A DNA stretch of 64,000 nucleotides from Prorocentrum cordatum (GCA_963575745.1 CAUYUJ010000192.1:558001-622000); one strand, 5' to 3'; counted from the stretch's first letter, positions 1 through 12,997 are shown. Numbers and translations are program-made. The notes: generated by a model from the sequence alone, not told the origin.

Positions 1-360
1 AAGTTACTCCTGGGCCTCGTCTGCGAGTAAACTGCAGGAGTCTCAGGCGGGAACCACCTTCCTACGGGGCCCGCACTTCATGTTGGTGATCCGAACGGGT
101 CATCGGTAAACTCTAACAGGCATCGCACTTGAGCACCCCAAGGGGGCAATCGTGAGGATCTCTCAGGCGGGGGCCCCGTTTGTGAGTGAATTGCGAAAAG
201 GTTTCGAGCGAGAGCTCCCTCCCTATGGGGCCCGCACTTCATGTTGGAAATCCGAGCGGGTCATCGGAAACTCTACCAGACATAACACTTGAGCACCCCA
301 AGGGGCAAAATCGTGAGAATGTCTCAAGCGGGGGCCTCGTCTGTGTGAATCCCACCAGCC
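1..360 (+). repeat. About 170-bp repeat unit, 2 copies; further copies at 1680-1920
   Basis: Recurring ctatggggcccgcacttcatgttgg...cataacacttgagcacccc. Confidence 0.85.
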
Positions 361-769
361 CTTTGGGCGTGAGTGGTTTAGGGAGCTCTCTCTGTCCTCA
401 ACCCCCCTTCTTCCCCTTCGGGGAGGGGTTTACCCCTCCCCCTACCCCCTCCCCCTGGGCCTGGAGAGGGGGTCCGGCGGGTCGTCAGGGGGGTCGATTT
501 CGACTCCTGGGAGGGCTAAAAACGACACCCCTCACGAGGATTCTGGCCCCGACGGGGGGAAGCAAAAAAACCCTCTCCTCTTCTTTGAAGCCAAAATCAT
601 TGATTTTACTACGGTTTTGGCCCCATTTTGGCCTTCTGAGGGGGCAGCGCTAATTACAGCTCCCCTCTTCCTTCAGAGCAAAATCATTGATTCTCCGAAG
701 GTTTTCGGCTCATTTTGCCCTTCTGAGGCGGCAGCGCTCATGGAAGCTTCCCTCTTCTTTGATCCATCC

Positions 770-1470
770 CCTCCACGATGGCCCCAAGAAGCGCCCAGGA
801 GGTACCAAGAGGCCCCAAGATGGCCCCAAGAGGCCCCCAGGAGGCCCCCAAGAGGCCTCCAAGAGGCCCCCAAGATGCCCCCAAGAGGTCCCCAAGAGGC
901 CCCAAGAGGCTCCCCCGAGGCACCCAAGACGCTCCTGGAAGCCCCTGGGGCCGCCAAGAGGCCCCCAAGACGCCCCAACCGGCCTCCAAGAGGCTCCCAA
1001 GAGGCCCGAAGAGGCTCCCCCAAGGCACCCAAGACGCTCCTAGAAGCCCCTGGGGCCGCCAAGAGGCCCCCAAGACGCCCCAAAAGGACGAGGGGCCCGA
1101 ACGACTCACACCACGAAGAGCCCGAACGACTCACACCAGAAGGAGGGGCCCGAACGACTCACACCAGGACGAGGCGCCCGAACGACTCACACCACGAGGA
1201 GCCCGAACGACTCACACCACGACGAGGGCCCCGAACGACTCACACCACGAGGAGCCCGAACGAGTCACACCAGGAGGAGGGGCCCGAACGACTCACACCA
1301 GGACGAGGGGCCCGAACAACTCACACCACGAGAAGCCCGAACGACTCACACCAGGACGAAGAGCCCGAACGACTCACACCACGAAGAGCCCGAACGACTC
1401 ACACCAGGAAGAAGGGCCCGAACGACTCACACCAGGACGAGAACCCCCAAACGACTCAAACCACGAGGAG
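770..1470 (+). repeat. Compound minisatellite: (ccccaagagg)n then about 14 x cccgaacgactcacacca with short purine linkers
   Basis: Directly visible; explains the repetitive ORFs at 617-1636. Confidence 0.95.
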
Positions 1471-2079
1471 CGCTTTCTCTCCCTCCTCCTCCGCCTCGTC
1501 CTTCTCCCGCTCCCACCACAAGGAGGATGTACAAGGAGGCGGGAGGAAGGAGGAACAGGGGAGATATGCGGGAGCAGGCGGAAACACGCCTGAAAAACAC
1601 GACTCTCGGCATGCTTCGCAAGAGTTGCTGTTTTGAGATGGGCTGGTGGGGATACGCGAAGCGTAAAGAATTGCAAGGACGTTCATGCTGGAACCCCCTC
1701 CCTATGGGGCTCGCACTTAATGTTGGTACTCCGAGCGGGACGTAAGCAAATTCTACCAGGCATAACACTTGAGCACCCCAAGAAGCAAATCGTGAGGATG
1801 TCTCAAGCGGGGGTCTCCTCCCTACCTATGGGGCCCGCACTTCATGCTGGTAATTGGGTTCCTCCGGCCTGAATCTGCCCTCCCTATAGGGACCCCAACC
1901 TCCATGTTGAAATCCGAGCGATGTCATCCAAATTTTGCAACTGCATCACTTTTTGGCTCCCCAGGCTTGAATCTGGAGGAAGTCTCGAGAGGGAACCTTG
2001 TCAGCGAATGGATCGCGAAAAGTCTCGAGCGAGAACCCTCGGGAAGCTTCCGAAAGTCACAGGAACCCCACGGAGGCTT

Positions 2080-2950
2080 CAGGAAGGCACAGAAAGTTTC
2101 AGGAGGCCCCAGGAGGCCCCAGAGACCGTAGGAAGCCCCACAACCACCAAGAAACCCTATGCGGCCACGAATTCTCCAGGAGGCACCGGGAGGCTCCGGG
2201 AGGTCCCAGGAGGCCTCAAAGGCTTCAGGAAACCCCAGAAGACTCCAGGTGGTAGCAGTAGGCCCCAGGAGGAGGCAGGAGGCACAAGGAGGAGACCAAC
2301 CAAGGCAGGAGGAGAAGGAGGCCAACATTCAGGAGCCCAAGGAGGCTCCAGGAGGGAACGGGAGGCCCATTGAGGCCCCAGGCCGAGGCAAGAGGCTCAA
2401 GGGGGACACGGGAAAATGCCAGAGAAAGAGACAGGACGAGGATGAGGCTGAGGCCGAAGACGAGGAGGAGGAGGAGGCAAGCGGAGGAGGAGGCATGAGG
2501 AGAAGCAAAAGGAGGAGGAGGAGGAGGAGGAGGAGGAGAGGAGAGAGGAGGAGAAGGAGAAGGAGGAGGGGAGGAGGAGAGGGGGGGAGGAGGAAGAAAA
2601 GCATGGAGGAGAGGAAGAGGAAAAACAAGGACGCGAGAGAGGAGGAGGAGGAGGAGGAGGAGGAGGAGGAGGAGGAGTAGGGGGAAAAGGACGAATGCCC
2701 CAGGAGGCCCCGGGAGGCCCCAGAAGGCTCCATGACGCCCCGGGACGCCCCAGGAAGCTCCAAGAACCCCCAAGAAGCCCCATGAGGAAGCAGGAGGCCC
2801 AAAGAGGAGGCCAGAGGAGGAGAGGAGGGGGAGGAAAGAAAACGGGGAAGTGGACAGGAACAGGAGGACGAGCAGGAGCAGGAGCAAGAGCAGGAGAAAC
2901 AATAGGAACAGGAAGAGGAGAACGAATAGGATGAGGACGACGAGGACATG
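2080..2950 (+). repeat. ccccaggagg-type repeat and (GAG)n purine tracts
   Basis: Directly visible low complexity. Confidence 0.9.
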
Positions 2951-4699
2951 TGACGTTAGACTTTGAACTTTCGCGCCGCTACGAGCGAGTGGCCCACGCA
3001 AGTACAAGCTGTGGAGCGTCAGACGTAACAGGATTCACCCAAACACTGATGACTAAATTGACAAGGTAGTTCGAACACGTTCTTGCGCATCATCAGGGAC
3101 CGTTTAAACGATGCAACGGTGGAAACTCTGGCATGAGGCGGGCAACAACGTTGCCCGCCTCATGCCAGAAGCGGCTGAAGCACGCAGCCAGAAGCCGCCA
3201 CCCCGAAAGCTCCTGTGCGCCCCCTACCCATACGACCAGGGCCCGCGACGATGCTGTGGTGCAGGTCCTCCACTAGCGTCGCTAGCCATAACACTGCTAG
3301 ACCCCTCCTCCCCCATCTTGGCGCCAACAAAGCCCTGGACACTGGGGGGGGACACCAGAAACTCTTGAAGTAGGCTGACTGGAACAATCAAAACGATGAA
3401 GCCCTGCCCTCTAGTTGAGCAAACACACACCCCGTGGAGTTCCGCGAACCACTCGCTCATCATGAAGGCCGACTCTTCCGACGATCACAAAGCACCCGCA
3501 ACTGTCGCTCCAGGAGCCCCTTCGGCGCCAATCCCAATCATGTGCTGCCGCCTTTTCTGTCAGTCTTTTCGAAGAGGGTTTTTTGGTAGAGGACGCAGCG
3601 GGGGAGCTCCTCACCTCTGGCATGCCCTCTATCTTCTTCGCGCGCGTGGCCTTCCTCACTTTGAAACGCGCTGCCCCTCCTTGGACGTCTGCTGCCCCCC
3701 CAATGCCCTAGAACGTCTTGATTGGGGCCCCCCTCCAGAGCCGCTGGGGCGGGACGTTCGCGATCACGAACTGGAGATCCACCCCGACGAGCACGGGGCG
3801 AAGTGATCTTTGAGGGGTTGGTGGGGCAGTCTAAGCGACTCTGAGCCTCCTTCCTCTCATTGGCCCACGCCTGAGCCTCTGCGTTGCGCTGCTGGCCCAG
3901 CCCGCCGCCAGCAGCTAGCAACAGCTGGGCGACATCGACCTCAAGTGGCGCAAAAAACAAGACGAGCAGCGCACCTCGGAGCACGCGCAGGCCCGCCGAA
4001 TTCGCCAACCCGAATTTGCCCGCCGCCTCGACGCGGCTGTCGAAGTCCCGACGGCACCGGCCTCCGCGCTGAGGATGGCGGCCGCCGACACTGCCTCCGT
4101 CGCCTCCGCCCGCCGCCGCCCGGGGCCCCGCGGCCGCCCTCTTGCGCGCCGGCTCCTCCGACGCCGCCGCTGCCAAACCTGCCCGCCCGAGCGCGGGCGC
4201 CGCGGGCGGCGAGCGCGGGCGGCGCGGGCGGCGTCGCAGTCGTTTCATGGCACGGGTGGCGAACGCGCGAGCCCCGCTGCACCAGACCCCCCCGCTCTCG
4301 CGGGAAATAGCTTCGAACGCGCGGGGGCAGTCCGAGCTCCGAGCCCCCGTCGAAGATGCAAGCGCGACAGCGAAACGAAGTGCCCCCTGGCGCGGACAAA
4401 ACACGCGACCGCCCCTTGAGCGCCACCCGCGGCCCATAGACCCAGACAGAGGCCTAGCTGCCAGCATCCCGCTAACGAGTGCCTCAGGACAGCCGGGGCG
4501 CCTGCAGGAACCAACCAAGAGAGAAAATGCTTTGCGCGCGCGGCGCCCGCGTCGGACGCGCTCAAAAAGGGCCCCCAGGGGCGATCGCACCCCCCCGCGC
4601 ACGCATCCCCCCCCCGCCCCGCCCCCCCTGGAAAACGAACGTTCGCGCGCGAATCCACCCGCTCGTTCATCTGCGCCCGTTCAACCCTCAGCGCGCCAA

Positions 4700-7600
4700 C
4701 CCCGCGCGGGGCAAAGTTCACTGCCAGCCAGGAACTCCTTCCGAAGAGTACTGGGATCTGGAGCAAGAGAATGCATAGCAGAATCGCGACCCTGGAAGAC
4801 AGAATGCAACGGGCCCCCAAGCAGACTCAAAAACGCCACCCCTTCCACAAGCTCTGCAGAGGCCCGCGCAGTCACGCCGGGCCCGAACGGCCCGAACGTT
4901 CGCGCGCCTGGTAACTCCACGCCCTGGTTCGGGCGCGGCAATCACATGCCGCGCGAAAGAGAGACGACAAAATACCGCAGTTGCTTTCCGCGCGCGGCGC
5001 CGCGGGCACTCGGCCCACCGCCGCAGCCACTTCGCGCGAATAACCCGGCACCCGAGGCGCGCGGGGGCGCGCCCCCACTGCCCCGGCGACTTGTTACCCA
5101 ACATAGGTTTAACGAAGCCACCAGCGCAGTCAGATGCCTCTCGCCTCTTCTGCCCCCGAGCAGATTCAACGAGAGCCGAATCCAGTCGGGGGGCGCGCCA
5201 GTCCGAGACGACAGATGCCTCGAGGTTAGAGCGAGCGGCGCGCGCGCGTCGAGAAAGGCGCGAGCCTTCGCTGGCGCGAGGAAGCCCCATGCAAACTCCA
5301 ATATCTACCGGCCTGATGAGAAGCACTCTGGACAGCCACGAAATGCTTCGTCCTCCCGGCCGTCGACGAACCTCGGATATGAATCTGCCCCCCAAAATCA
5401 TTTCTTTGTTGGACCTCGCGGATGGGCCCCATCGACCGGATCCCCTGGCGCGCGCGGCGCTGCTTCGAGGCGGTTTGCGCGCGCCCGCTGTCAGAAAGAC
5501 GCTGATCTAGTCGGCGACTTGATTGCGCCGCCGCGTCGCGAAGCTCGACAACTCCAGCCCTGCAACCTATGACATCTTGACATTGGCCTTCCCACGGAGC
5601 ACGCCGCGCGCCGTCTCTTCCATGCCCCCCGCCCCCCCCCCCTGGGGACTGTCGACGAACGACTTCTCGGCGTCGTCAGCGCACTCGGTCGTCAGATATA
5701 GATGCGAACGCAGATCTGGGAAAACATGTTGGGCGACCACAGCCTCGGCCATCGGGCCGAATTCTGCGCGCAGTTCCCACCGTTCGCCCTGCGCAGTCAA
5801 AAAGCTCGACAGTGCCCGCGCGACGTAAAGATCCCCAGTAGATGCCCCCGCCCTGGTCTTCGCCGTCGACCCCCCCCCCCCCCCCCCAATCGGCAAACGT
5901 TCTGCAGCCCCCAAAAACTCCACCCCCCCGATTCAAAGGCTCAGAGCGGGCGCCCTCGATTGAAACCAAGGACGAAGAAGCGAAAAAGCACGCAATATCC
6001 TCGCCTTGGAGTAGGAGGGGTAGCCCGCGAACTCGTACTTTTTTACCGCTCCCACAGCCGTGACGAACATCGCCGAACCCCCCCCCCCCTCTCCCTCTGC
6101 AGAACCCGCGCGCGCGCCCATGCCAGCGGGGCCGCCGAGCTAATTTCCCGACGCGAAGAAACCCTTGCCGAGCACATCTGATGCATCCCAAACGCGCACG
6201 CTGGCGGCGCCGTCTGCGCGCCCCCTGCGACGATTTACTCTCGGCTTCGATGCCGGCCGGCGGGAGCTCTGCCCGATGCGCGTATCCTGCCGAAACCGCG
6301 CTGCAGACGCGCACGGAAGGACTGCGGCGCGAACCCATCCTTCCGAGACAGCCGACCCAAACCAGCGCAGTGAAATCGCAATCGGTCTCGAAGACGGAAT
6401 CACATCAACCAGACTTCCAGCGGCGCCTGCTCCGGCGGGCGCACTCTGCGCACTAGGGCCGCCCTCGGGCACTCCACCGCCCTGTTGATAATTCTCCCTC
6501 GCTGCCTCCCAGTAGCCCCCCTCGCCCCCCTCGCGGCGGCGCCCCTCGCCCCCCCCCCCCCCCCCCCACGTAACCACCCGTATATGTATGTACATATATA
6601 TATATATATATACATATCCCATCCTTCCCCCGCCTCCAAGACGACGCCACGCCTCCAGCCATTGTTCTTCAGTTGGACAGGAGCCCGGAATATCGTTGCA
6701 CTCGCGATGTCTGGGCCCCCAGGACCTGCCCGCCGCCCGTCGAGGCCACGCATTCACCTCGGCTCGCACCCACCTCGACTGACTCACGCTTCGCCAAGCA
6801 GCCTGCCAGAGGAAGGGAATAATCAGAAAACAAAACAAGCAACCAAACAACGGCGTCAAGCTTCGATCTCAGCGCGCCATGTCAGATGTGCCAGGCGCGT
6901 CACTTGGCGCGGCTGAATTGCAATGCGTTCCTCCTCCTCCGCATCCGCCAATCCACATTTGATTTCTTGGCGCCGCGCTGGTAGCTGTCCAGGTCATTAA
7001 AGTGTTGCCAATCTGCGCCGCAGGCCTCTAGCCCTTAGCAAACGATGATACAGTTCAGGGCTGGGGAAGCCAATGTGGATGCCGCTCCTGCGAAAGCCCC
7101 GTCAAGTCCACCTCCCTCTCCCCGTGGATAGCTCTCGCCATATCCCTCTCCCTCGCTCCCTTCGCCAGACCATCCATCGTTGCATTGTGATCCCACATCG
7201 GAGAAGACTGCAGCCCACTCCCATTGACATAATCGAACTCCCAAGCTGCATGGGCAAACATCTGATCTTGACTGGCACGAGCATTTCTTCGTTGGACCTG
7301 TCGTCCTAGTCCGCGCAGAAAGCCAGCGCGAAAAAAAAATGCAGGCCAACATGGATGGAACAACAATCATGTCCATCCGCTAAAACTTCACCCTTCGGAT
7401 GAGCAAGATGGGGACCGTCACCCACGAATCAAGCATCAGAAACAATCATCGAAACACGTGCTCAACGCCGCCCCTTCTCCGCACCATGCGAGTTGAAGCC
7501 TCCGTACGCAAAACCGACGTGCCAGAAAAAACCGTGCGATCCAGGAACCCCCATCCCATCCTTATGCTGTCGTTCAAATCCGCAGCCAGGATTTGAACCG

Positions 7601-8000
7601 ACCTGTTTCGGACCAGGTGGAATACGCACCTGAACAAACATATAATCTCCTGCGCGGTGGCCAAAATGATGGGCACGAACACGACGGTCGCAGGGCCTGG
7701 GCGAAGAGTAACCTCCAACCACGGCCACATCAAGACGGTGAGCTTTCAGTCGAAGCCGGGATCCCCGTCCCTGCAGCTATCGAGGAGAAAGAAGCGGTGG
7801 CCCCCGTATAGACCGCTCAAAAACAACAAAACGCCACTCAACAAGAAAACCGTATCAACTTTGGTGCAAAAAACGCCCTAGCAGCAAGCCTGACTGCACT
7901 AGCGTATTCCTGCTGCCGTTTCTGCGCTGTGTTACTTCACCGTCGGGGGCTGACCGCTGCTGTGTGCCCACGGTCATTGCGATGTCCAGCGTGCGGGACG
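4700..8000 (-). mobile_element. Heavily decayed non-LTR retrotransposon remnant(s)
   Basis: Fragmentary APE-like QILAADLND (~7580) and RT-like ASTGD...YLTTECADD (~5670-5850) in the expected order; many stops and frameshifts. Confidence 0.35.
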
Positions 8001-8328
8001 AGCACCCGAGATCCTCGAATCGATCGATCGTAGGCGCGGTAAGAAGACGAACGGCCAAGACACGCAGCCAACGAAAACAGGCAGAGCCTCAACCGTCCGC
8101 AACCCCATGGTGGCTATGAAAGACGTTCAACGACAATGTGCGTGTGACACATGCGAATTCAGTATGTTACCCTGCGTGGCCGTCGACCCCACACGGCAGT
8201 TCGAAGACGAGGACGAGGAGGAGGACATGGACAATAATTGGGAAGGAGGAGAAGAAGGCGGAACAGCAACAGCAGGTAGGAGGAGGCAGGAGGCAGGAGG
8301 ATGCATATGGGGAGGGGGAAGGGGAGGA

Positions 8329-8428
8329 NNNNNNNNNNNNNNNNNNNNNNNNNNNNNNNNNNNNNNNNNNNNNNNNNNNNNNNNNNNNNNNNNNNNNNNN
8401 NNNNNNNNNNNNNNNNNNNNNNNNNNNN
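8329..8428. other. Assembly gap (100 N)
   Basis: Run of N. Confidence 1.
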
Positions 8429-11400
8429 ACCTCAGGGGCTCCACGAGAGGAGGATGAGGGCAGGGCGAGACCCACGAGGGATGCTTCGCGAGAACCTGGA
8501 GCCACACCCACCGCTCGGTGGCCTCATCAACTAACCTACCTCCATCCTTCGGGGAAATCTGTTCAATTGCAAGAAGACCTCGGTGGGTCTTCCAATGAAA
8601 AGGGTCAGATACAGACCAACCCAACCGCAAAAGTGTCGCAACTAGCGCAGAAGCAGGTCCGCGAATGTCAGACCATACTTGAGACACAGGAACTCTAGAC
8701 AGGCGTGTCCATGCTCCACTCAGAAGTCGCGCCATATCTGCTCTGGGGGCCCATCCGTCCCACAGCGCCTGCAGCCAGAGGAAGATCGGGCTCCTGTTGC
8801 ACTCGAAGGCGGGGTCGACCTGCGGCCCAGCAAGCATGAGGTCCAATGAGAGCGACCTGCCCGTGTGCCTGTAGACCATGCCCGCGCGCGCCAGTTGCCT
8901 GGCGCTCAGTAGGTGCGTGTTGCTGATGCCGTGAACTCCCACTGCCCAGAGCATCCCAGGCTTGAGGCCAGTCTGCACCAGCTTGATCGTCTTGCCCCCA
9001 GCTTTCGCGAGCCGCTTATACCGAGGGATCCGTGACGCCATCCTGCCCAGCCGCTGTGCACGAACCGAATGAGAAAGCCGATTTCCACCGCCAAAGTCCA
9101 GCCCCAGGTTCCGAACCGAGCGTGTGAGGAACCTCAACGAGGACGGGTTGACTTTCCTAAACACCTTCCGTATGCCTTGGCCGATGACCACCTGGTGCTT
9201 CTTGGGCAGGGAGAGAGTCAAGCCGATCTGCGTAAGCTCAGCCGCCAATAGGTCCTCGGCCCCCTTGAGTTCCCTGGCGACTTCCCATGCCTCGCCAATA
9301 CGTTGCAACTGCAGATCATCTACCACGACCGCCACCTCGACATTCACGAAGCGAAGAGAGACGGCATCCACTGGCGACAAGAGCACCAGACGCAGTAGGG
9401 AAGTCGCGCAGCTGCAGCCCGCGACAATCGTGCGGTGCGTCACCACCACCTGCGTGGCGATGTTCTGGAAGAGCACCATTCTGTCGAGGCAATATGATGC
9501 GAGCAGGAAGCGAAGGGTCTTACCTCGGAACTTGTGCCGACGGGCTGCTGCAGCTAAAACATGGTGGGGCACGTGCTCATATGCTTTGACCAGGTCGAGC
9601 AGGGTTGTCCCTGCCGCTCTGCCCTGGTCTCTGGCCAACTCCACCTTGAAACTCTGCTTCCAAACGCAAATGTCACATGAGGCCCCTGAGTCACCATACC
9701 AGAACACGCGAGGGTTTGCCTTTTCCCAAGGGCCAGCAACTTTCCATCGGGCCCAGCGGGGCCACAACCGAAGAGGCGTCGCGAAGATCCCAATAGGACG
9801 ATCTCCCCCTTCAGGCGGCGGCTTCGGTAGAAGAGCAATAAGCAGCAGAGCCCAGCACCTCGGAATGTGGACCAGGCGCTGCATCTCGGCCCAGATCCGA
9901 AGGAAAACCGCGACAGCGCCGTCGTCGAGGACGGACCAGTGACGGGGATGCAGGCCACAGACTCCGATGGCCGTGTGCGTGCTGTAGGTCCTGGTAAGGG
10001 CTAAGAGCTCCTCATGGGTGGGGGCCTCCAGCTCTGGCTCGTCATCGCACCAGCCAAAATCAGGCTCTGGGAAAACTTGTCCGACACCCCAATGCTGATG
10101 CCACTTTTGAGCCCGAAGATCGGCTTCAGCAGCAATCCCCAGAGGCTCACCAGACGGCCCCGAGAAACAAGAGAGCCCAGATGCAGCCCACTTCGGAACC
10201 TCTTTGGTGAACCGGTGGCCCAGTCGAGCGCTCCCAGATAACGCATCTTGAACCCACTCACGCCAGGCTCGGGCCCGCTCCGAGGCCGCATGATGCTCGT
10301 GCTGAAGGGCCCACTTGCGGACCTGCCAGATCAACTCCTGGAGCTCCGAGACGCTGGCAGGGTTGACGGCCAGAACCCGAACTCGCCAAGAAGCCCAATG
10401 CTTGCAATCGGTGAAGGGGGACAGGTAGTTCACGAGCTTCCGCAAGAGGATCCCCGCTTGTTTGATCCCCCCCAAGGTGGGCGCAGGCCCATGCCAGAGA
10501 TACACGATGTCCTGGAGTCGCCTTTCCAAGACACGCCACATACGGCCCTCCCCAATAGCCCTGGGGTGAGTGGAGGCAGGAGGGCCGAGCAGAGGGACTT
10601 GCACCACCTTGGGGGGGCCTCCTCGGCCTCGGTACCGTGGATCCCCATCGACATGAAATACGCGAGAAAGAGCCACCTCAGCCCGTTGAACCCACAGAGA
10701 AGTGACAGCATCCAGACGTTCCTTGGTACAATCCCCCTGGGAGAGCTGATCACGCAAGTCATCCCACTCCAGGGGGCGAGGGACGCATCCAACAGGGCGG
10801 TGGAGAGGGAACGCCGACGGCTTCTTGAGCCTGGGAACTGTCACCTGCCGCGGGTGGCCAGACATGCTCAGCACCACAGGGCGGTGCGGTCTGGTACAGG
10901 TAGACCATGTCGCAACTGAGCAGCTCACCACAAACTGCTTGAGCGAGGAGGAGAGGACAAAGTAATCGATGGACGACCGAGACGTACCCAACTGACAGGT
11001 CCAATTCGAGACGTCAGAGACCACCTCCGCCTGAAGATCCCCAATCCAACCAGACTCGACCAGTTGCTCCGCTGAAAACTGAAAATCTCCACCCAGAATA
11101 AACGGCATGCCATACGCCCTCAGGACCTCCCCAATACTATGCAGCAAGGAAAGATTTTGACCGCGGCAGCCAATTCCAGTGTGCAGGTAGACCGATCCGA
11201 CTAAAACACCTCCAGTACATAACCCACTCCAGAGCCCCAGACGAAATCGACATCCAGGAGGAACCGCGATACCCTCAGGCAAATCATCGAGTCCTTTGAG
11301 GCCCCAGAGCTTCGAAGTCGCAATGCCCACTCCTCCAGTGGTGCCAGCCTCTGAACGACCTGAGGGGGGCAGCAGGAGTGAGGAGTGAGACCATGCCAGC

Positions 11401-11709
11401 CTTGACCAGCGCCTGCTGAACGTCCACCAAACGTAGCTCCGTCTGGTGGTGCTCTTGGAAAAAGTAGATGTCGGCATCCACAGAGTCGCAGAGCTCCAGG
11501 AAGGGCCTTCTCGTGACCTTACCCCTGTCCCCGCACTCGATGCCCCACGAGGTGATGTTGGCCGTACACAGCTTCCATACCTCAGGCCGACGGGCCGCAG
11601 GAGTCTCCTCCTGCACCGCAGGAGTCTCCTCCTGCACACTCTCGCCTCGAACTCGTCGATGGCCAGTAGCCCCAGCCCGCGCCGCCAGGGAGCGCCACCT
11701 GCCTCGGTG
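8429..11709 (-). CDS. LINE ORF2: APE endonuclease + reverse transcriptase (frameshift near 11364-11369; 3'-truncated by gap)
   Basis: APE motifs CTANITSW and DIYFFQEHH (11284..11637 frame), then GGVGI, SVYL, ILGGDFQ, IDYFV, HRPV (8127..11639 frame). RT motifs DRPIGI, LLDLVKAYEHV, TIVAGCSCAT, VVVDD, RNLGLDF. Confidence 0.92.
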
Positions 11710-11758
11710 TTAGGCGGGCGCAGGCAGGCGGCGTCCAGCAGCTGCAGCGCCGACCCCG

Positions 11759-12997
11759 CTACCCCGACGGGGGTGGGGCACCAGCGACATCGCGGTCAGC
11801 AGGCATAGGAACATCAGCAGGAACATCAGCAGCCGCAGGGCCAGGCGCGGCCGAGGGGGCCGCCGCCGCCGCAGCCTCTGGGCCTGGCGCGTCCCTCCTG
11901 GGCCTCTTGCTGAGGGCTGAAGGGTTCTGCAGGAAATCGAGCATGGTCCTGTAGAGACCTTCGTACTGCCCTGCCTGTCCGCCCTCCAGCAATTCAGTAA
12001 GTTGCTGCTTGCAATCCTCCGCCACACGTGAGTCCGAGGGTGCCGCTGGGGCTGGCGAAGGGCCGCTGCCCGACATGGCACGCTGCGCGGCCTCCTCGGC
12101 CTGTGCCTTCCGCCGTGCTTCCTCCTGCTCCTGGAAAGAGGCCCCAGCAGCAGCCAGGTCGCCCAGGAGGTCCACCGCGGTGCGGAGCTGGTCCGCCTTC
12201 GCCACTCTGAACGAATCGGGCAGATGGCCGAACAGCGTCTCCACCAGCCCGTTGACAGCCGCCTTGCAGTCATCACCAGCAGGGTGAAGAGCAGCACGTC
12301 GATGGAGCCTCTGGAGCTCCTCCTCTTCCTTCTTGACCGATTCCGCCAGAGCCGCCTGGGATGCAACGCAGTCCTCCAGGTCCTGCTCCAGCTCCGTGAT
12401 CTGTTGACGGAGGTTGGCCTCCGTCGCCTTCGACGCAGTAAGCTGGCCCTGGAAGTGGGCCAGCTTGTCCTGATGGGACCGAACTCGCATCCATGGCGGT
12501 GGGCCACGTTCGTCAGGCTGAGCAGCAGCAGCGGAGGGCTCCTGAGCCTTGGCGGCCACCATGAGCGGGTGGTCGTCTGCCAGCCCAGCAAGCGTGAGCT
12601 GCTCCACTGCAGCCGCGAGGTAGTCGCGCTGCGTCTGCTTGCCACCTGTGTCCGATCCTTTGCCACTGCGCTGCTGGGCCGAGCCGCCCTTCCCCCTCCC
12701 AGACTGGGACTGGTCAGCACTCGTGCCTGGGCCCGACTTGGCCTTGCGGCGCGTGGACTCCACCTGTTGCCATGCATCCTTGGACTGCTGCTCGCCTGAC
12801 CAAGGACGGGGGGGCCCCTTGACCGTGTCCCGAACCGGGTCGTCGCGGAGCCACTTCTTGCACCGATAGCAGCGAGCCCAATCCACCAGATTATACTGAT
12901 AGCCACATGAGCTCTTGCCATAGCACGTCTTGTAGCCGCTCTGGGAGCGGGCCTGGTGTCTGCTCTGGGAGCGGGGCTGCGGGGGCGCGGGGACCAT
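11759..12997 (-). CDS. LINE ORF1, 412 aa: RanBP2-like C4 zinc finger, basic Gly-rich tract, coiled coil, Ala/Pro tail
   Basis: ATG at 12997 (MVPAPPQ...). Motif CYGKSSCGYQYNLVDWARCYRC has the N-x6-C-x2-C spacing; heptad-like LRQQITELEQDLEDC...EEEELQRL. Confidence 0.85.
   Translation of the reverse strand: MVPAPPQPRSQSRHQARSQSGYKTCYGKSSCGYQYNLVDWARCYRCKKWLRDDPVRDTVKGPPRPWSGEQQSKDAWQQVESTRRKAKSGPGTSADQSQSGRGKGGSAQQRSGKGSDTGGKQTQRDYLAAAVEQLTLAGLADDHPLMVAAKAQEPSAAAAQPDERGPPPWMRVRSHQDKLAHFQGQLTASKATEANLRQQITELEQDLEDCVASQAALAESVKKEEEELQRLHRRAALHPAGDDCKAAVNGLVETLFGHLPDSFRVAKADQLRTAVDLLGDLAAAGASFQEQEEARRKAQAEEAAQRAMSGSGPSPAPAAPSDSRVAEDCKQQLTELLEGGQAGQYEGLYRTMLDFLQNPSALSKRPRRDAPGPEAAAAAAPSAAPGPAAADVPADVPMPADRDVAGAPPPSG

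Noticed and set aside
1090..1470. CRISPR-like repeat/spacer look of the cccgaacgactcacacca array
   Set aside because: Linkers are only about 6-12 nt and mutually similar; no cas genes; eukaryotic context.
3000..4200. Possible further LINE fragments (APE-like on minus, coiled-coil-like on plus)
   Set aside because: Motifs too degraded to assign family or strand.
8127..8328. Continuation of the 1170-aa ORF past the N gap
   Set aside because: Artefact of translating through Ns into low-complexity sequence.
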